Below the pieces are notes generated by a model. That model saw only the letters and a list, made by a program, of their open reading frames with translations, was not told the origin of the DNA and did not search any database. Below are positions 1 through 9,145 of a stretch of 64,000 bases of DNA, piece after piece; the stretch's first letter is position 1; each line of letters begins with the position of its first letter. The translations under genes and the position numbers were made by a program. This DNA comes from a virus. The stretch lies in IMG/VR virus record IMGVR_UViG_3300029319_000007. One strand, given 5' to 3'.

Positions 1-1
1 T

Positions 2-328
2 AGCAATCAATTCTCTATATTTGTCGTCACTATCAACTTGTGAAAGACCTGCCATCCAGTCATGCACACTACGATAGTTTGTTAAATCTTCATCAACAAT
101 AAAAGATATAGTTAAATCTTCAAATGTTAAATCATTACCTGGTATTCTTATAGGCATAAGTCTAGTAGGTTGTTGTATTTCTGCAAGTGATACACCTGGT
201 ATATTTGCTGTAATACAATTAAACTCTACTCTAGGTAATTTTGTTGTTTGAAATCTAAACTTAGTAGGATCTGAATAGTCTAATCCTGTGCCTGTTGCTT
301 GTTTACTTGCTAATGTTGTTTCTGTCAT
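2..328 (-). CDS. gp3: Tail completion/sheath stabilizer gp3 (5' part, runs off window)
   Basis: Hand translation from ATG 328: MTETTLASKQ...DPTKFRF..KLPRVEFNCITANIPGVSL...PGNDLTFEDLTISFIVDEDLTNY...W, typical gp3 motifs; directly downstream of gp23. Confidence 0.85.
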   Translation of the reverse strand, partial: MTETTLASKQATGTGLDYSDPTKFRFQTTKLPRVEFNCITANIPGVSLAEIQQPTRLMPIRIPGNDLTFEDLTISFIVDEDLTNYRSVHDWMAGLSQVDSDDKYRELIA

Positions 329-333
329 ATTAG

Positions 334-341
334 TATTTATG
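334..341 (-). promoter_or_regulatory. T4-type late promoter variant (CATAAATA), 5 nt upstream of gp3 ATG
   Basis: Matches the gp55-dependent TATAAATA box with one mismatch. Confidence 0.6.
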
Positions 342-342
342 C

Positions 343-370
343 ATAAAAAAAGGGGGCATAAACGCCCCCT
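343..370 (-). terminator. Rho-independent terminator after gp23
   Basis: Minus strand AGGGGGC-gtttat-GCCCCCT followed by a T run. Confidence 0.85.
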
Positions 371-399
371 CTCTTAATTCTCGTTGTATAAACGATCTC

Positions 400-1665
400 T
401 TACATAAGGTTAGATACTTTAACCATTCTGTAATAGATGTTTGCTTGATCAGTTCCAGTATCAGAAGCTTGAGCAGATGATTCTGCAAATGGGTTTCTGA
501 TTAAACCATATCTAGTTTTGAAACCAATTTTTGGTTGGAATGTATCTTCTCCAACTGCTCTCACCATTTGTAGTGGAACATATGGGCAATAGAACATACC
601 AGCGTCATAAGGTGAAGTACCTTTATAACCTACAACATAGTATTGAGCAGCAGTATTGTTTGACGCATATGGGTCAATATATACTTTGTATCTGCCGTTT
701 AGAGTACCAGCAAAAGTATTACCAGTATCATCTACATTGAGATTATTGTTAAGAGCAGGAGCGTAATCTAATACACCCGCCATTTGTAGAGCAGAAGCAA
801 CATCAGAAGAACAAATAATGATATTACCTTTTCCTCTTCTTGTTTCTTGTGCGATTACATTAGCGTCTCTCTCAACTTGGAACATTAACCCTTTGAACTT
901 CTCAACTGACCAACGACCGTTTGAATCTGTGTCAAGGTCAAAAGTACCTGAAGTTGTTGTGTTAATGTTAGCACCTTTTTTCGCTTTTTCGTAAATTGTT
1001 CTTACTACTTCTCTGTTGATCTCTGCAAGGATCTCAGCAGACAAGATGTTTGCTAATTCAGTTTCAGCGTCTAAACCGTGGATTGCTTTTAAGTCTTGAG
1101 CAAGTTCCATTGTGTATTCTGCTTTTAACTGTCTAGTTTTAGCAGTCACAGTAGATTTCTCAATACTGAAAGCCATCTCAGCGAAAGATGAACTTGCTTC
1201 AGCAGTTGCTGTTGCAATACCAGTACCAGCGGTTACACTAGTAGTAGTATCGTTCATTAACCCTGGATTTAGGGACGCACTATGTGTACCAGTTCCAGAG
1301 AAATCTGAATCTGCTTCGTTGAATAGTGCTTCTGTGCCTGAGTTTGAAGTAAATCTGGACTTCATTGCAAAGATAAGACCAGTTGGTCCTGTCATTGGTT
1401 GAACGCCACAGATGTCGTATGCGATAAGATTTGGCATCGCTCTTCTTACAAGTGAGATTAGGATTGGATCCCAATTCGCAACAGCAGCGTCACCTGTTAT
1501 GTTTGCAATCTCACCCAAGAATGCTTTGTCTTCTTTCGCAGCCTTTTCTTGGTTTTCAAGAATAACGGAAGTCACGGCTCTTTTGTAAGGGTTATCTATT
1601 TTTGGTAGATCCGCATGCTCAAGTACCGGAGCCCATTTTTCCTGTAAGTTTTGTGAATTAAACAT
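400..1665 (-). CDS. gp23: Major capsid protein gp23
   Basis: LVRRAMPNLIAYDICGVQPMTGPTGLIFAM, ELAQDLKAIHGLDAE, FQPKIGFKTRYG. Confidence 0.98.
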   Translation of the reverse strand: MFNSQNLQEKWAPVLEHADLPKIDNPYKRAVTSVILENQEKAAKEDKAFLGEIANITGDAAVANWDPILISLVRRAMPNLIAYDICGVQPMTGPTGLIFAMKSRFTSNSGTEALFNEADSDFSGTGTHSASLNPGLMNDTTTSVTAGTGIATATAEASSSFAEMAFSIEKSTVTAKTRQLKAEYTMELAQDLKAIHGLDAETELANILSAEILAEINREVVRTIYEKAKKGANINTTTSGTFDLDTDSNGRWSVEKFKGLMFQVERDANVIAQETRRGKGNIIICSSDVASALQMAGVLDYAPALNNNLNVDDTGNTFAGTLNGRYKVYIDPYASNNTAAQYYVVGYKGTSPYDAGMFYCPYVPLQMVRAVGEDTFQPKIGFKTRYGLIRNPFAESSAQASDTGTDQANIYYRMVKVSNLM

Positions 1666-1689
1666 TATGTTTATCTCTCCTTATAGTTA

Positions 1690-2967
1690 TTAATTTCCGT
1701 AGATATCTCTACTTTTTCCCCTACTGATTGCAGCCGTATAGCGTGCCATTGAATCTGACAAATCTGCTACTATGTTACCATCATTGGAATCTTGGTTTAC
1801 TGTATCAACATTTTCTGTTGATTCTGGTGCTTTTGCTTGACCAAAATAACTTTCTTTAATTGTTGAAAGTTTTTTCTTATATGCGTCTGCACCTTCGAAT
1901 GCTACATCTTCTACTAAAGATTTCATCTTTTCTTTTTCAGTATCAGCCATTCCTTCTACTGCTTCTTCAAAGATTTCGTCTTTTGTGTAACCTTCGATTA
2001 ACTTTTTGTCTTCGATAGACTTCTCTGTCATTTCATTGACTTTAGATTTCATATCTTCCAGTTCTTTTTCTTTTGCTTCTAGAACATCATACTTTTCATC
2101 TGGAACATCAATGTAATGATCTTCGAATAGTTGTTTTAGACCTCCGATAAAGTCTTCAGCGATTTCTCCCTTAATACCTTTTTCGATTGCTAATTCGTTG
2201 TCAGTCATCCATTGTTCTACAACATAGTTTAGATAATTGTCAACTTTAACTGTTAAGTCTTCTTTAACTTGTTCTTTTGCTTCAGTCATTTCACTTTCGT
2301 ATTCACCCTCTAATCTTACGATTTCAGATTTTACTTTTGACTTGACTGCTGCTTCAAAGATAGTTGCTGCTTTAGTCTTAAACTCTTCCGATAATGAATC
2401 ATCACCAGAAACAAGAGCGTTAACATCATCTGAAACATCAATAGATTTTACTCTATTTTCTACTGCTTCTTTATTAACTTTCTTATCTTCTGCTTCTTCT
2501 TCTTTATCGTGACTGTCTTCATCATGATTTTTCATTGCTGACATCATTTTGTTATATGAAGCAGCAATATCTGCTTTCTTCATTTTACTCATTTCGTCAT
2601 ACATTGCTTGAATCATACCAGACTTAGTTTTAGGCATTTCTGCTTCTTTAACTATCTCTTTATCGTCTTCCGCTTCATTACCTTCTGCTTTCATGTGCTT
2701 ATCAGCAGCAAGTTTTTGCATAGGTTCTGGTGCAGCGGCACCTTTCGTAGGCGCTGAAGTGTCTTTTTTCACCTTTTTAGCGGCAACATCTGTTGGTGAA
2801 GATTTTGCGTCAGGACTAACTACTGCTGCCCCACCGTCTTCTTTTTCACCATCAACTTTACCCATAGGATCTGCTTTACCTGCACCCTTAGTAGGTGCGT
2901 TAGCGACTTCTTCAACTCCCTGAGGAGTTTCAACGATATCATTTTCGTTTTTGATTTCGTCTGTCAT
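1690..2967 (-). CDS. gp22: Prohead core scaffold protein gp22, with N-terminal extension
   Basis: LSEEFKTKAATIFEAAV, VDNYLNYVVEQWM, LFEDHYIDVP; acidic coiled coil; between gp21 and gp23. Confidence 0.93.
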   Translation of the reverse strand: MTDEIKNENDIVETPQGVEEVANAPTKGAGKADPMGKVDGEKEDGGAAVVSPDAKSSPTDVAAKKVKKDTSAPTKGAAAPEPMQKLAADKHMKAEGNEAEDDKEIVKEAEMPKTKSGMIQAMYDEMSKMKKADIAASYNKMMSAMKNHDEDSHDKEEEAEDKKVNKEAVENRVKSIDVSDDVNALVSGDDSLSEEFKTKAATIFEAAVKSKVKSEIVRLEGEYESEMTEAKEQVKEDLTVKVDNYLNYVVEQWMTDNELAIEKGIKGEIAEDFIGGLKQLFEDHYIDVPDEKYDVLEAKEKELEDMKSKVNEMTEKSIEDKKLIEGYTKDEIFEEAVEGMADTEKEKMKSLVEDVAFEGADAYKKKLSTIKESYFGQAKAPESTENVDTVNQDSNDGNIVADLSDSMARYTAAISRGKSRDIYGN

Positions 2968-3010
2968 TTGTGTATCTCTCCTAATTTGATATCAAATTTT
3001 TGCGTATAAC

Positions 3011-3018
3011 TATTTATT
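3011..3018 (-). promoter_or_regulatory. Late promoter variant (AATAAATA) upstream of gp22
   Basis: ATAAATA core followed by GT, as at other late boxes in this window. Confidence 0.5.
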
Positions 3019-3673
3019 ATTTTGTTAGTTTTCGCATAAAGTTTTCAAAAGCATGTGCCTCTGTTTTTGCTTTACGCTGTCTAGTTTCACGCTCAATTTG
3101 TTCTTGGATTTCAGAAACATCTTGTTCTTTAATGATTCCGTTGTCCCAAACCCATTCTTTACCTTCCATTACGCCATTGACGAATGCTTGAGGTGCTGAA
3201 GGATCTGCGACAATGTCAGCGGCAGTCGCTAAGTAAAAGTCTGATTTTACATAATTTGTGCCACCTTTATTCTCTAGAGTACCCATGCCTCTAGAAGAAA
3301 CTCCTAATTGTGCGCCTTCGTCTATTAAAGACTTGACGATTTTACCGTAAGGCGTATCAGTAATCTTTGCTTCACCTATATAATTACCTTTATTATCAGG
3401 TTCTAATCTAGTGATTATATGTGATACTCTCTCTAAGTTTACAGTCGGTCCATCAGGATGCCCTAATTCACCAAATGCTCTCTTACGATCTATAAATTCT
3501 TTTCTATAACGACCAACTTCTTTGTCTAGAACTTCCATAGGGTAAACACGACCATTTCTGTTTTTGATGTTCGCTTGCATAAAAATACCACGAATGTAGT
3601 GTTTTTTACTGCCATCACCCTTGTCCTCAACAATGTATTGACAATCGTTGATTTCTTCTCTTATTAGTTTCAT
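3017..3673 (-). CDS. gp21: Prohead protease gp21
   Basis: NRNGRVYP, GELGHP, GVSSRGMG, DIVADPSAP. Confidence 0.97.
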   Translation of the reverse strand: MKLIREEINDCQYIVEDKGDGSKKHYIRGIFMQANIKNRNGRVYPMEVLDKEVGRYRKEFIDRKRAFGELGHPDGPTVNLERVSHIITRLEPDNKGNYIGEAKITDTPYGKIVKSLIDEGAQLGVSSRGMGTLENKGGTNYVKSDFYLATAADIVADPSAPQAFVNGVMEGKEWVWDNGIIKEQDVSEIQEQIERETRQRKAKTEAHAFENFMRKLTK

Positions 3674-3699
3674 TTAACTGTCCCCTATGCGTATTGTAT

Positions 3700-3707
3700 T
3701 ATTTATC
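3700..3707 (-). promoter_or_regulatory. Late promoter variant (GATAAATA) upstream of gp21
   Basis: ATAAATA core in the intergenic gap. Confidence 0.5.
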
Positions 3708-4094
3708 TTACCTAACTTCTAAAATGACAGTATAACTGTCACCTGATACGAAATTATGCGTACTAAACAATATGTCTCCTGTTGGCGATGTAGCATTATT
3801 TGCTATCTGTATCGCCGGTGTTTGTAAATCTATTGTGCCTGAACCACCTAAAAACAATGCTGACGCATTAGTTGATCCGTCAAATAAGATTTCAACGGAC
3901 CCTTTTGGGTCCGTTGTGTTGATACTATAAATTACTCTTGCAATCTTTGTACTTGATGACGCATGATTTAATGCACTTGCGTCAACCTTTGTCACAAGAC
4001 TTTCTCCTGTGCCATCACTTTTGTTTGTGAACTTCATAACGGTTTTAGAACCGCTTACATCAGATATTGTTTGACTTGTTACCGTATCAGCCAT
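3708..4094 (-). CDS. Hypothetical beta-rich virion protein (paralog of 4094-4498)
   Basis: Shares VDASAL, LFD, GSG and TGDIL motifs with its neighbour; lies in the head operon. Confidence 0.6.
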   Translation of the reverse strand: MADTVTSQTISDVSGSKTVMKFTNKSDGTGESLVTKVDASALNHASSSTKIARVIYSINTTDPKGSVEILFDGSTNASALFLGGSGTIDLQTPAIQIANNATSPTGDILFSTHNFVSGDSYTVILEVR

Positions 4095-4498
4095 TATCTT
4101 GTTTGTCCTGAAGCGTCATAACCTTTTGATTTAGTGACTTCGATTATAAATGTACCTGTCACAGCACTTGAGTTAGTGATAAGTATATCGCCAGTCACAC
4201 CTGTACTTTCTGGATTAGTGATCAATGGTTGTTTACCATGAAAACCATACTCACCAGAACCATGTACTGATATTGCGTGATCATCTGTGCCTGCGTCAAA
4301 CAAAAATGTCACATCACTTGTTAATGCTGTTGTGTTCCATTTAATACTTTTTATGTGTAGTGTTGGGTTAGACGAATGCCCTCTTAATGCACTTGCGTCA
4401 ACACACACTACTGCTGAATTTGTGTCGTTATTGATTTCGAACATTCTTACTGTTCTAGTTGCACTATCGACTAAGTTTCTTGCGTTTACTATTGCCAT
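4094..4498 (-). CDS. Hypothetical beta-rich virion protein (paralog of 3708-4094)
   Basis: Same shared motifs; AGGAG SD; TAATG coupling to the next gene. Confidence 0.6.
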   Translation of the reverse strand: MAIVNARNLVDSATRTVRMFEINNDTNSAVVCVDASALRGHSSNPTLHIKSIKWNTTALTSDVTFLFDAGTDDHAISVHGSGEYGFHGKQPLITNPESTGVTGDILITNSSAVTGTFIIEVTKSKGYDASGQTR

Positions 4499-4510
4499 TT
4501 TTACTCTCCT

Positions 4511-4762
4511 TTATATGGTTAGACCTGTTTCTTTTGCGAAATAGGTTTCAATGTCTTTTGGTTGTACTCTATATTTTTTCGCTACATCTCTCATAACTTT
4601 AGGAAATGTAGTTAAAACTTTTTGTGGTGTTTTTGCCATCATAGCAAAAACATCATCAACTGCCTTCTTTGTCTTAGGCGCCAGTTTTTTATAAGTTAAA
4701 GACCTTTTGTGTTCGTCTTTTTCTTTAATTGTCGATCTCAACTGGTTCAGCGTTATCGCCAT
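4511..4762 (-). CDS. Basic hypothetical protein at the gp68 position
   Basis: 83 aa, Lys-rich, overlaps the gp67-like gene; identity inferred from synteny only. Confidence 0.45.
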   Translation of the reverse strand: MAITLNQLRSTIKEKDEHKRSLTYKKLAPKTKKAVDDVFAMMAKTPQKVLTTFPKVMRDVAKKYRVQPKDIETYFAKETGLTI

Positions 4763-4931
4763 CTTTCGCCTCTGGTTCTTTTGTTAATATAGTGCCTGCT
4801 AAATCTTTTCTTTTAGTATCTAACTCAGCACCTACTTTGTCTGACAAAGCAGACTTAAATTCTTTTTCTGCTTCTACATTATCGCCTTTATCTAAAGCGT
4901 TAATCATGTTTCTTGTATTCTCAATACTCAT
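4725..4931 (-). CDS. gp67: Prohead core protein gp67-like
   Basis: MINALDKGDNVEAEKEFKSALSDKV resembles the T4 gp67 N-terminal helix; directly after portal. Confidence 0.65.
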   Translation of the reverse strand: MSIENTRNMINALDKGDNVEAEKEFKSALSDKVGAELDTKRKDLAGTILTKEPEAKDGDNAEPVEIDN

Positions 4932-6466
4932 TAAAATCCTCCGTCATCTTGTTTTTCACTAGGGTCAGGTAATATGCCTGACGATATTTCATCTTTGATT
5001 TTTTCTTTTTCTTCTTCTACCTCAGCGTCTGTCATTTTAAGTATTCGTTTCATAACGAAATCTTTTGAATATACATCGCCTAACATACCACTCTCTTTAA
5101 TACTTCTAAAGATTTCCATTCTTTCTTTGAGCATTTCACTTTCTTTTATTTCTGCGAAATAACCGTCATTTACATAGTGATATTTAATTGTTTGAGATAG
5201 ATTGTTTTCCCAATCCTCGATAGTCACAATACCTTTGAGAATAAGTTGTGTTTTGAGTAGATCATGAAATAAAGTATTGAATCTATTTCTTAATCTAGAA
5301 ACAAATTTTGTGAACTTTAATTCATCACGATTTATCTCAGTTGATCTACCTAACTGTAATCCACCTGCTGCTTCACTATCTAATCTAGAATAAGGCACAT
5401 TTAGAGATTGATATAACTTTTTTTGAAAGTATTTTATATCATCTATCTCACCTAGATTTGAACCACCAGGTAGTGTAGTTATTTCAGTACCTCGACCTCC
5501 TTCTCGTCTTGGTAACCAAAAATCTTCTAACATACTCATATATTTTCTATCGTCTCTAATTTCACCAGTAGAGGCGTCATATACAAGTTTGTTTCTATAT
5601 CTGTTCATTACATCTTTGAGATATTGTTCTGCCTTTATTTTAGGTAGATTACCTACATCAATGTAAAATATTCTTCTTTCAGGTGCTCTTGATATACGAT
5701 AGATAACAATACTATCTTCAATCATACGCAACTGATTAACTGGTTTGATTGCCTTATGTAGATATGATAAGATTAAATTTTTTTGTTGATCTACAAGACC
5801 ACTAGGACAAAATGCAATTGAATCTTTTGCAATCTTTAATCCTGTAGTCGCACTTGCGGCAGGTTGTACACCTTTTTCGTTGTAAATAAAAAATTCTTCA
5901 AACTCTACTGCACCAGGTTTGTTTGGGTCTTTAGGTGCAAACTCACCACCAGGTTTTGATTTTGGTGCTCTTACTTTTTTAATTTTTCTTGGGTCGATAT
6001 ATCGTAATTCAGTTATACCTTTTTTAACATCTTTAGGGTCTATTATTTTATGATAAACTATTCTACCATCAACATACCATCTACGAAATATATCATGACC
6101 TTTTTGTTCAAACTCTAATAGTCTTACTATATTTTTAAACTCGTCTTGTATTCTTTTTCTAATTCCTGCTGAGAATGGCACTTCATCAAGTGATAGTTTT
6201 ACTACCTCTTGTGTGTCGTCAACAACAATTGATTCGTTAATAATATCTTCGACTGCCATATCACACTCTGGGTGCATAGCAATTTCTCTATATCTACGAA
6301 TTAAATCTGCTTCGTTATTTACTTTTCCTTCGATATCAAGATAGGTCCCATAATGACCACCACCCATAATAGTCTGTGTACCGTCATCTGGTGTTGGTGC
6401 GGTAAATTGTTGACTATTAGGTTTAGTATCTTTTCTCTTGATCTCAAAACCAAATATTTCTGCCAC
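4931..6466 (-). CDS. gp20: Portal protein gp20 (GTG start)
   Basis: IYRISRAPERRIFYIDVGNLP, EDFWLPRREGGRGTEITTLPGG. Confidence 0.98.
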   Translation of the reverse strand: MAEIFGFEIKRKDTKPNSQQFTAPTPDDGTQTIMGGGHYGTYLDIEGKVNNEADLIRRYREIAMHPECDMAVEDIINESIVVDDTQEVVKLSLDEVPFSAGIRKRIQDEFKNIVRLLEFEQKGHDIFRRWYVDGRIVYHKIIDPKDVKKGITELRYIDPRKIKKVRAPKSKPGGEFAPKDPNKPGAVEFEEFFIYNEKGVQPAASATTGLKIAKDSIAFCPSGLVDQQKNLILSYLHKAIKPVNQLRMIEDSIVIYRISRAPERRIFYIDVGNLPKIKAEQYLKDVMNRYRNKLVYDASTGEIRDDRKYMSMLEDFWLPRREGGRGTEITTLPGGSNLGEIDDIKYFQKKLYQSLNVPYSRLDSEAAGGLQLGRSTEINRDELKFTKFVSRLRNRFNTLFHDLLKTQLILKGIVTIEDWENNLSQTIKYHYVNDGYFAEIKESEMLKERMEIFRSIKESGMLGDVYSKDFVMKRILKMTDAEVEEEKEKIKDEISSGILPDPSEKQDDGGF

Positions 6467-6491
6467 TACTTTTTTCTCCTTTATATTATAT

Positions 6492-6516
6492 AGGGGGTCA
6501 AAAAGACCCCCTTTTT
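6492..6516. terminator. Hairpin between gp19 and gp20, possibly a bidirectional terminator
   Basis: AGGGGGTC-aaaaa-GACCCCCT; T-run follows on the + strand, AT-rich on the - strand. Confidence 0.65.
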
Positions 6517-6522
6517 ATTCAC

Positions 6523-7050
6523 TTATGTTGTAGTGTTGCTTTCCCAATATTGGTATCTCCAAGTACATGTGAATTGTTCTAACTCAGTCGCTGGTGCGTA
6601 AGTTAATTCAATTGCTTCTAATGACTTAGGAAACATACCTCTAAAGGTATAAGACTTGATTGTGTTTCCGTTTCTATCTAAGTGATCTACGAAAGCGTCA
6701 ACTTGATAATCTACAGGATTAACTAAACCTTCATTATCTGAATGATTGTTAATACCGTTTGACCATCTTTCAATTGCATTTCTGATACTAAAGTCTGTAT
6801 CATTAATGATTGTAGTTGTCCACTCTGCAAACTCTCTATCACCTGCTAGATAAACATTTCTGCCTCTAAAAGGTATAGTGATTTCACCTAGTGTTGACGC
6901 AGGTAGTTGAGTAGAAGTACATAAAAATGCCATGCTCTCTGTCTCTCCACCTACAGCAGCGAATCCAGGAAAAGGTAAAGTAACCTTAAACTGGTTTGCT
7001 CTTGCGCCGCCGCCTTTGAGTTTTGATACGAAATCAGTTATATTAGCCAT
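6523..7050 (-). CDS. gp19: Tail tube protein gp19
   Basis: GGARANQF, PFRGR..LAGDREF.EW..TIINDTDF. Confidence 0.96.
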   Translation of the reverse strand: MANITDFVSKLKGGGARANQFKVTLPFPGFAAVGGETESMAFLCTSTQLPASTLGEITIPFRGRNVYLAGDREFAEWTTTIINDTDFSIRNAIERWSNGINNHSDNEGLVNPVDYQVDAFVDHLDRNGNTIKSYTFRGMFPKSLEAIELTYAPATELEQFTCTWRYQYWESNTTT

Positions 7051-7064
7051 TTTCTATCTCCCTC

Positions 7065-9074
7065 CTATGCGCCTGCAACTTCACTAAATGCAACACCTGA
7101 TCGTGTAGCAATAAAGTTAAGTTTGATGAAGTTAATAGAACGATTAGGTTTGATGAATATGTCAGCAATAAATTCGTTTCTATCAATTACTTCACCTGTG
7201 TTGTTTGTTTCGTCACACACTACTGAGAAGTCTGTTAAACCTCTTCTACCTTGTATATCTCTTAGGAAAGGTTCTACTAAGTTTCTAAATTGTGCTCTTG
7301 TAAATTCATCATTGAACTCAAAGAGTTGAAATTTAGCAGCAGTAGATATTGCTTTCTCTAAAGTGATAAACAGTCTTCTAACATTAATTCTGTCAAAAGC
7401 ACTAGGTTTTGTTTGTGCCGTTTTGTCCCCAAATAGAACAGTACCTTGACCAGGGAATGTCACAACTGGATTTACTCTTGCTTTGTAGAGTTCATCTCTT
7501 TGTGTCTGATTAGGGTTGAACGCAAGTTTTACAGCACCTCTAATTTGTCCTCTACTGAAACCAGCAGGTGAAAAGTGAGGGTCTGCTACTGTGTCTGTTC
7601 TTGCACATAATCCAGCAATGTCACCGTTTAATGGTACAAATCTAAAGACATCATTATATTTGTCGTATTGATATTTGTAACCACTATCAATGACAGCATA
7701 AGAAGAACTAGAAAGTCCGTCTGCGAATGCTTTTACATTTGCTGTTTGTGATATTGGGTCTGATACATTTACAACATCTGCTCTTGCAGGTGAAATAAAT
7801 GCTACTATATCTTTTCTTGCTTCTGCAATATCAATCATTTTAGTAGCGTGAGTATCTCCAGTTGCGTCTGCTGCTGAAGCACCACCACCTTGTGATGGTC
7901 CGCCAATTAAGAAGTTGATATCTACTGATTCTGCGTCAGCAAATTTATCATATGCTAATGCCATTTCAGCAAGAGTAGGTTCGTTGTCGTCTGTGCCGCC
8001 TGATAGACTTGCACTAAACACAGCGATTGCTGATGAACCTACAGCGTCAAAAGTTACCGCTACCTTAGTAGTTGCGTTTAACTTAGGTGACCCTGCGTTT
8101 GCTAAAGTTCCTTCATGATCCATCCAGTAAATGAACTCACTATCTCTATAAAGTACATCTACATAAAAGTTTGAATTACCTTGAGCGTCTTTTGCGTCTG
8201 AAGCCTGTGATAGTCCCTCGAAAGTTTCTAAAACAGAACCAGCAGTACCTGAGATACCACCGTCTTCGTCTACAACAGCAATGTGTAATTCATCTGCTGA
8301 AGCACCTGCTGCCGCTGCGTCATCAGTAGTTGATGGTGCGTTAGAAAAATTGAAATAATATTCCCAATGTCTTCTAACATGTGCATTATCTGCTACTGCG
8401 TGTCTTAATCCGCCTGTTGAAGTGTTACCTGTTGCAGGATCAAATCTTGATATTGTTAATACATGAGTTGCAATGTTTGTAACCTTGTAATAATTGCCTG
8501 ATGGAGCAGCAGTGAAGTTACCACTTATATCTCCAAACTCTAATATGTCACCAACTTGTACACCTGTACCTGCGTCTACTGTAACCGTAGTATCGCCAAT
8601 AGATTTTGCACCATTGACCAGATTACTACCGCCTAATAAACTACGATACGCTGTTGCGTTAGTACACATAGAGACTTTAAGATTATTACCGGCCGTACCT
8701 GCTTCTCTTGCCGCCCATGACCCTACATCGGCCTGACCGGTTCCGTAATTGTCTAAGTAATCAGTTGTGTTTTTTATCTGGATACCTGTACCGCCTGAGG
8801 CAGCATTAAGGTTGCCAGTAACCGCTCTGACTACTCGTAAAGCGTTTCCGTACTGTAAAAAGTTGGTTGCACTAAAAAAGTATTCGAAAGTTTTAGCATC
8901 TGGTTTACCAAATACTCTAACATATTCGTCTTCACTAGAGATTAAAGTAATCTCATCCATTGGCCCTTTCTCACTAACAACACCAATAGCACCTATTGAA
9001 GTAGATACTGCAGGTATTACATTAGTAAGATCCTTTTCAGTCACTAGAACACCTGGTGATACTAAAAAAGCCAT
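7065..9074 (-). CDS. gp18: Tail sheath protein gp18
   Basis: SPGVLVTEKD, FSPAGFSRG, FDRINVRRLF, FEFNDEFTR. Confidence 0.98.
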   Translation of the reverse strand: MAFLVSPGVLVTEKDLTNVIPAVSTSIGAIGVVSEKGPMDEITLISSEDEYVRVFGKPDAKTFEYFFSATNFLQYGNALRVVRAVTGNLNAASGGTGIQIKNTTDYLDNYGTGQADVGSWAAREAGTAGNNLKVSMCTNATAYRSLLGGSNLVNGAKSIGDTTVTVDAGTGVQVGDILEFGDISGNFTAAPSGNYYKVTNIATHVLTISRFDPATGNTSTGGLRHAVADNAHVRRHWEYYFNFSNAPSTTDDAAAAGASADELHIAVVDEDGGISGTAGSVLETFEGLSQASDAKDAQGNSNFYVDVLYRDSEFIYWMDHEGTLANAGSPKLNATTKVAVTFDAVGSSAIAVFSASLSGGTDDNEPTLAEMALAYDKFADAESVDINFLIGGPSQGGGASAADATGDTHATKMIDIAEARKDIVAFISPARADVVNVSDPISQTANVKAFADGLSSSSYAVIDSGYKYQYDKYNDVFRFVPLNGDIAGLCARTDTVADPHFSPAGFSRGQIRGAVKLAFNPNQTQRDELYKARVNPVVTFPGQGTVLFGDKTAQTKPSAFDRINVRRLFITLEKAISTAAKFQLFEFNDEFTRAQFRNLVEPFLRDIQGRRGLTDFSVVCDETNNTGEVIDRNEFIADIFIKPNRSINFIKLNFIATRSGVAFSEVAGA

Positions 9075-9126
9075 CTTGTTTTCTCCTTTGAGTAGTTAAA
9101 TTTTAATATTAAAATATTACTGAAAC

Positions 9127-9134
9127 TATTTATA
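9127..9134 (-). promoter_or_regulatory. Late promoter TATAAATA upstream of gp18
   Basis: Perfect T4 late box in the intergenic region. Confidence 0.8.
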
Positions 9135-9145
9135 AAATGCACGAT

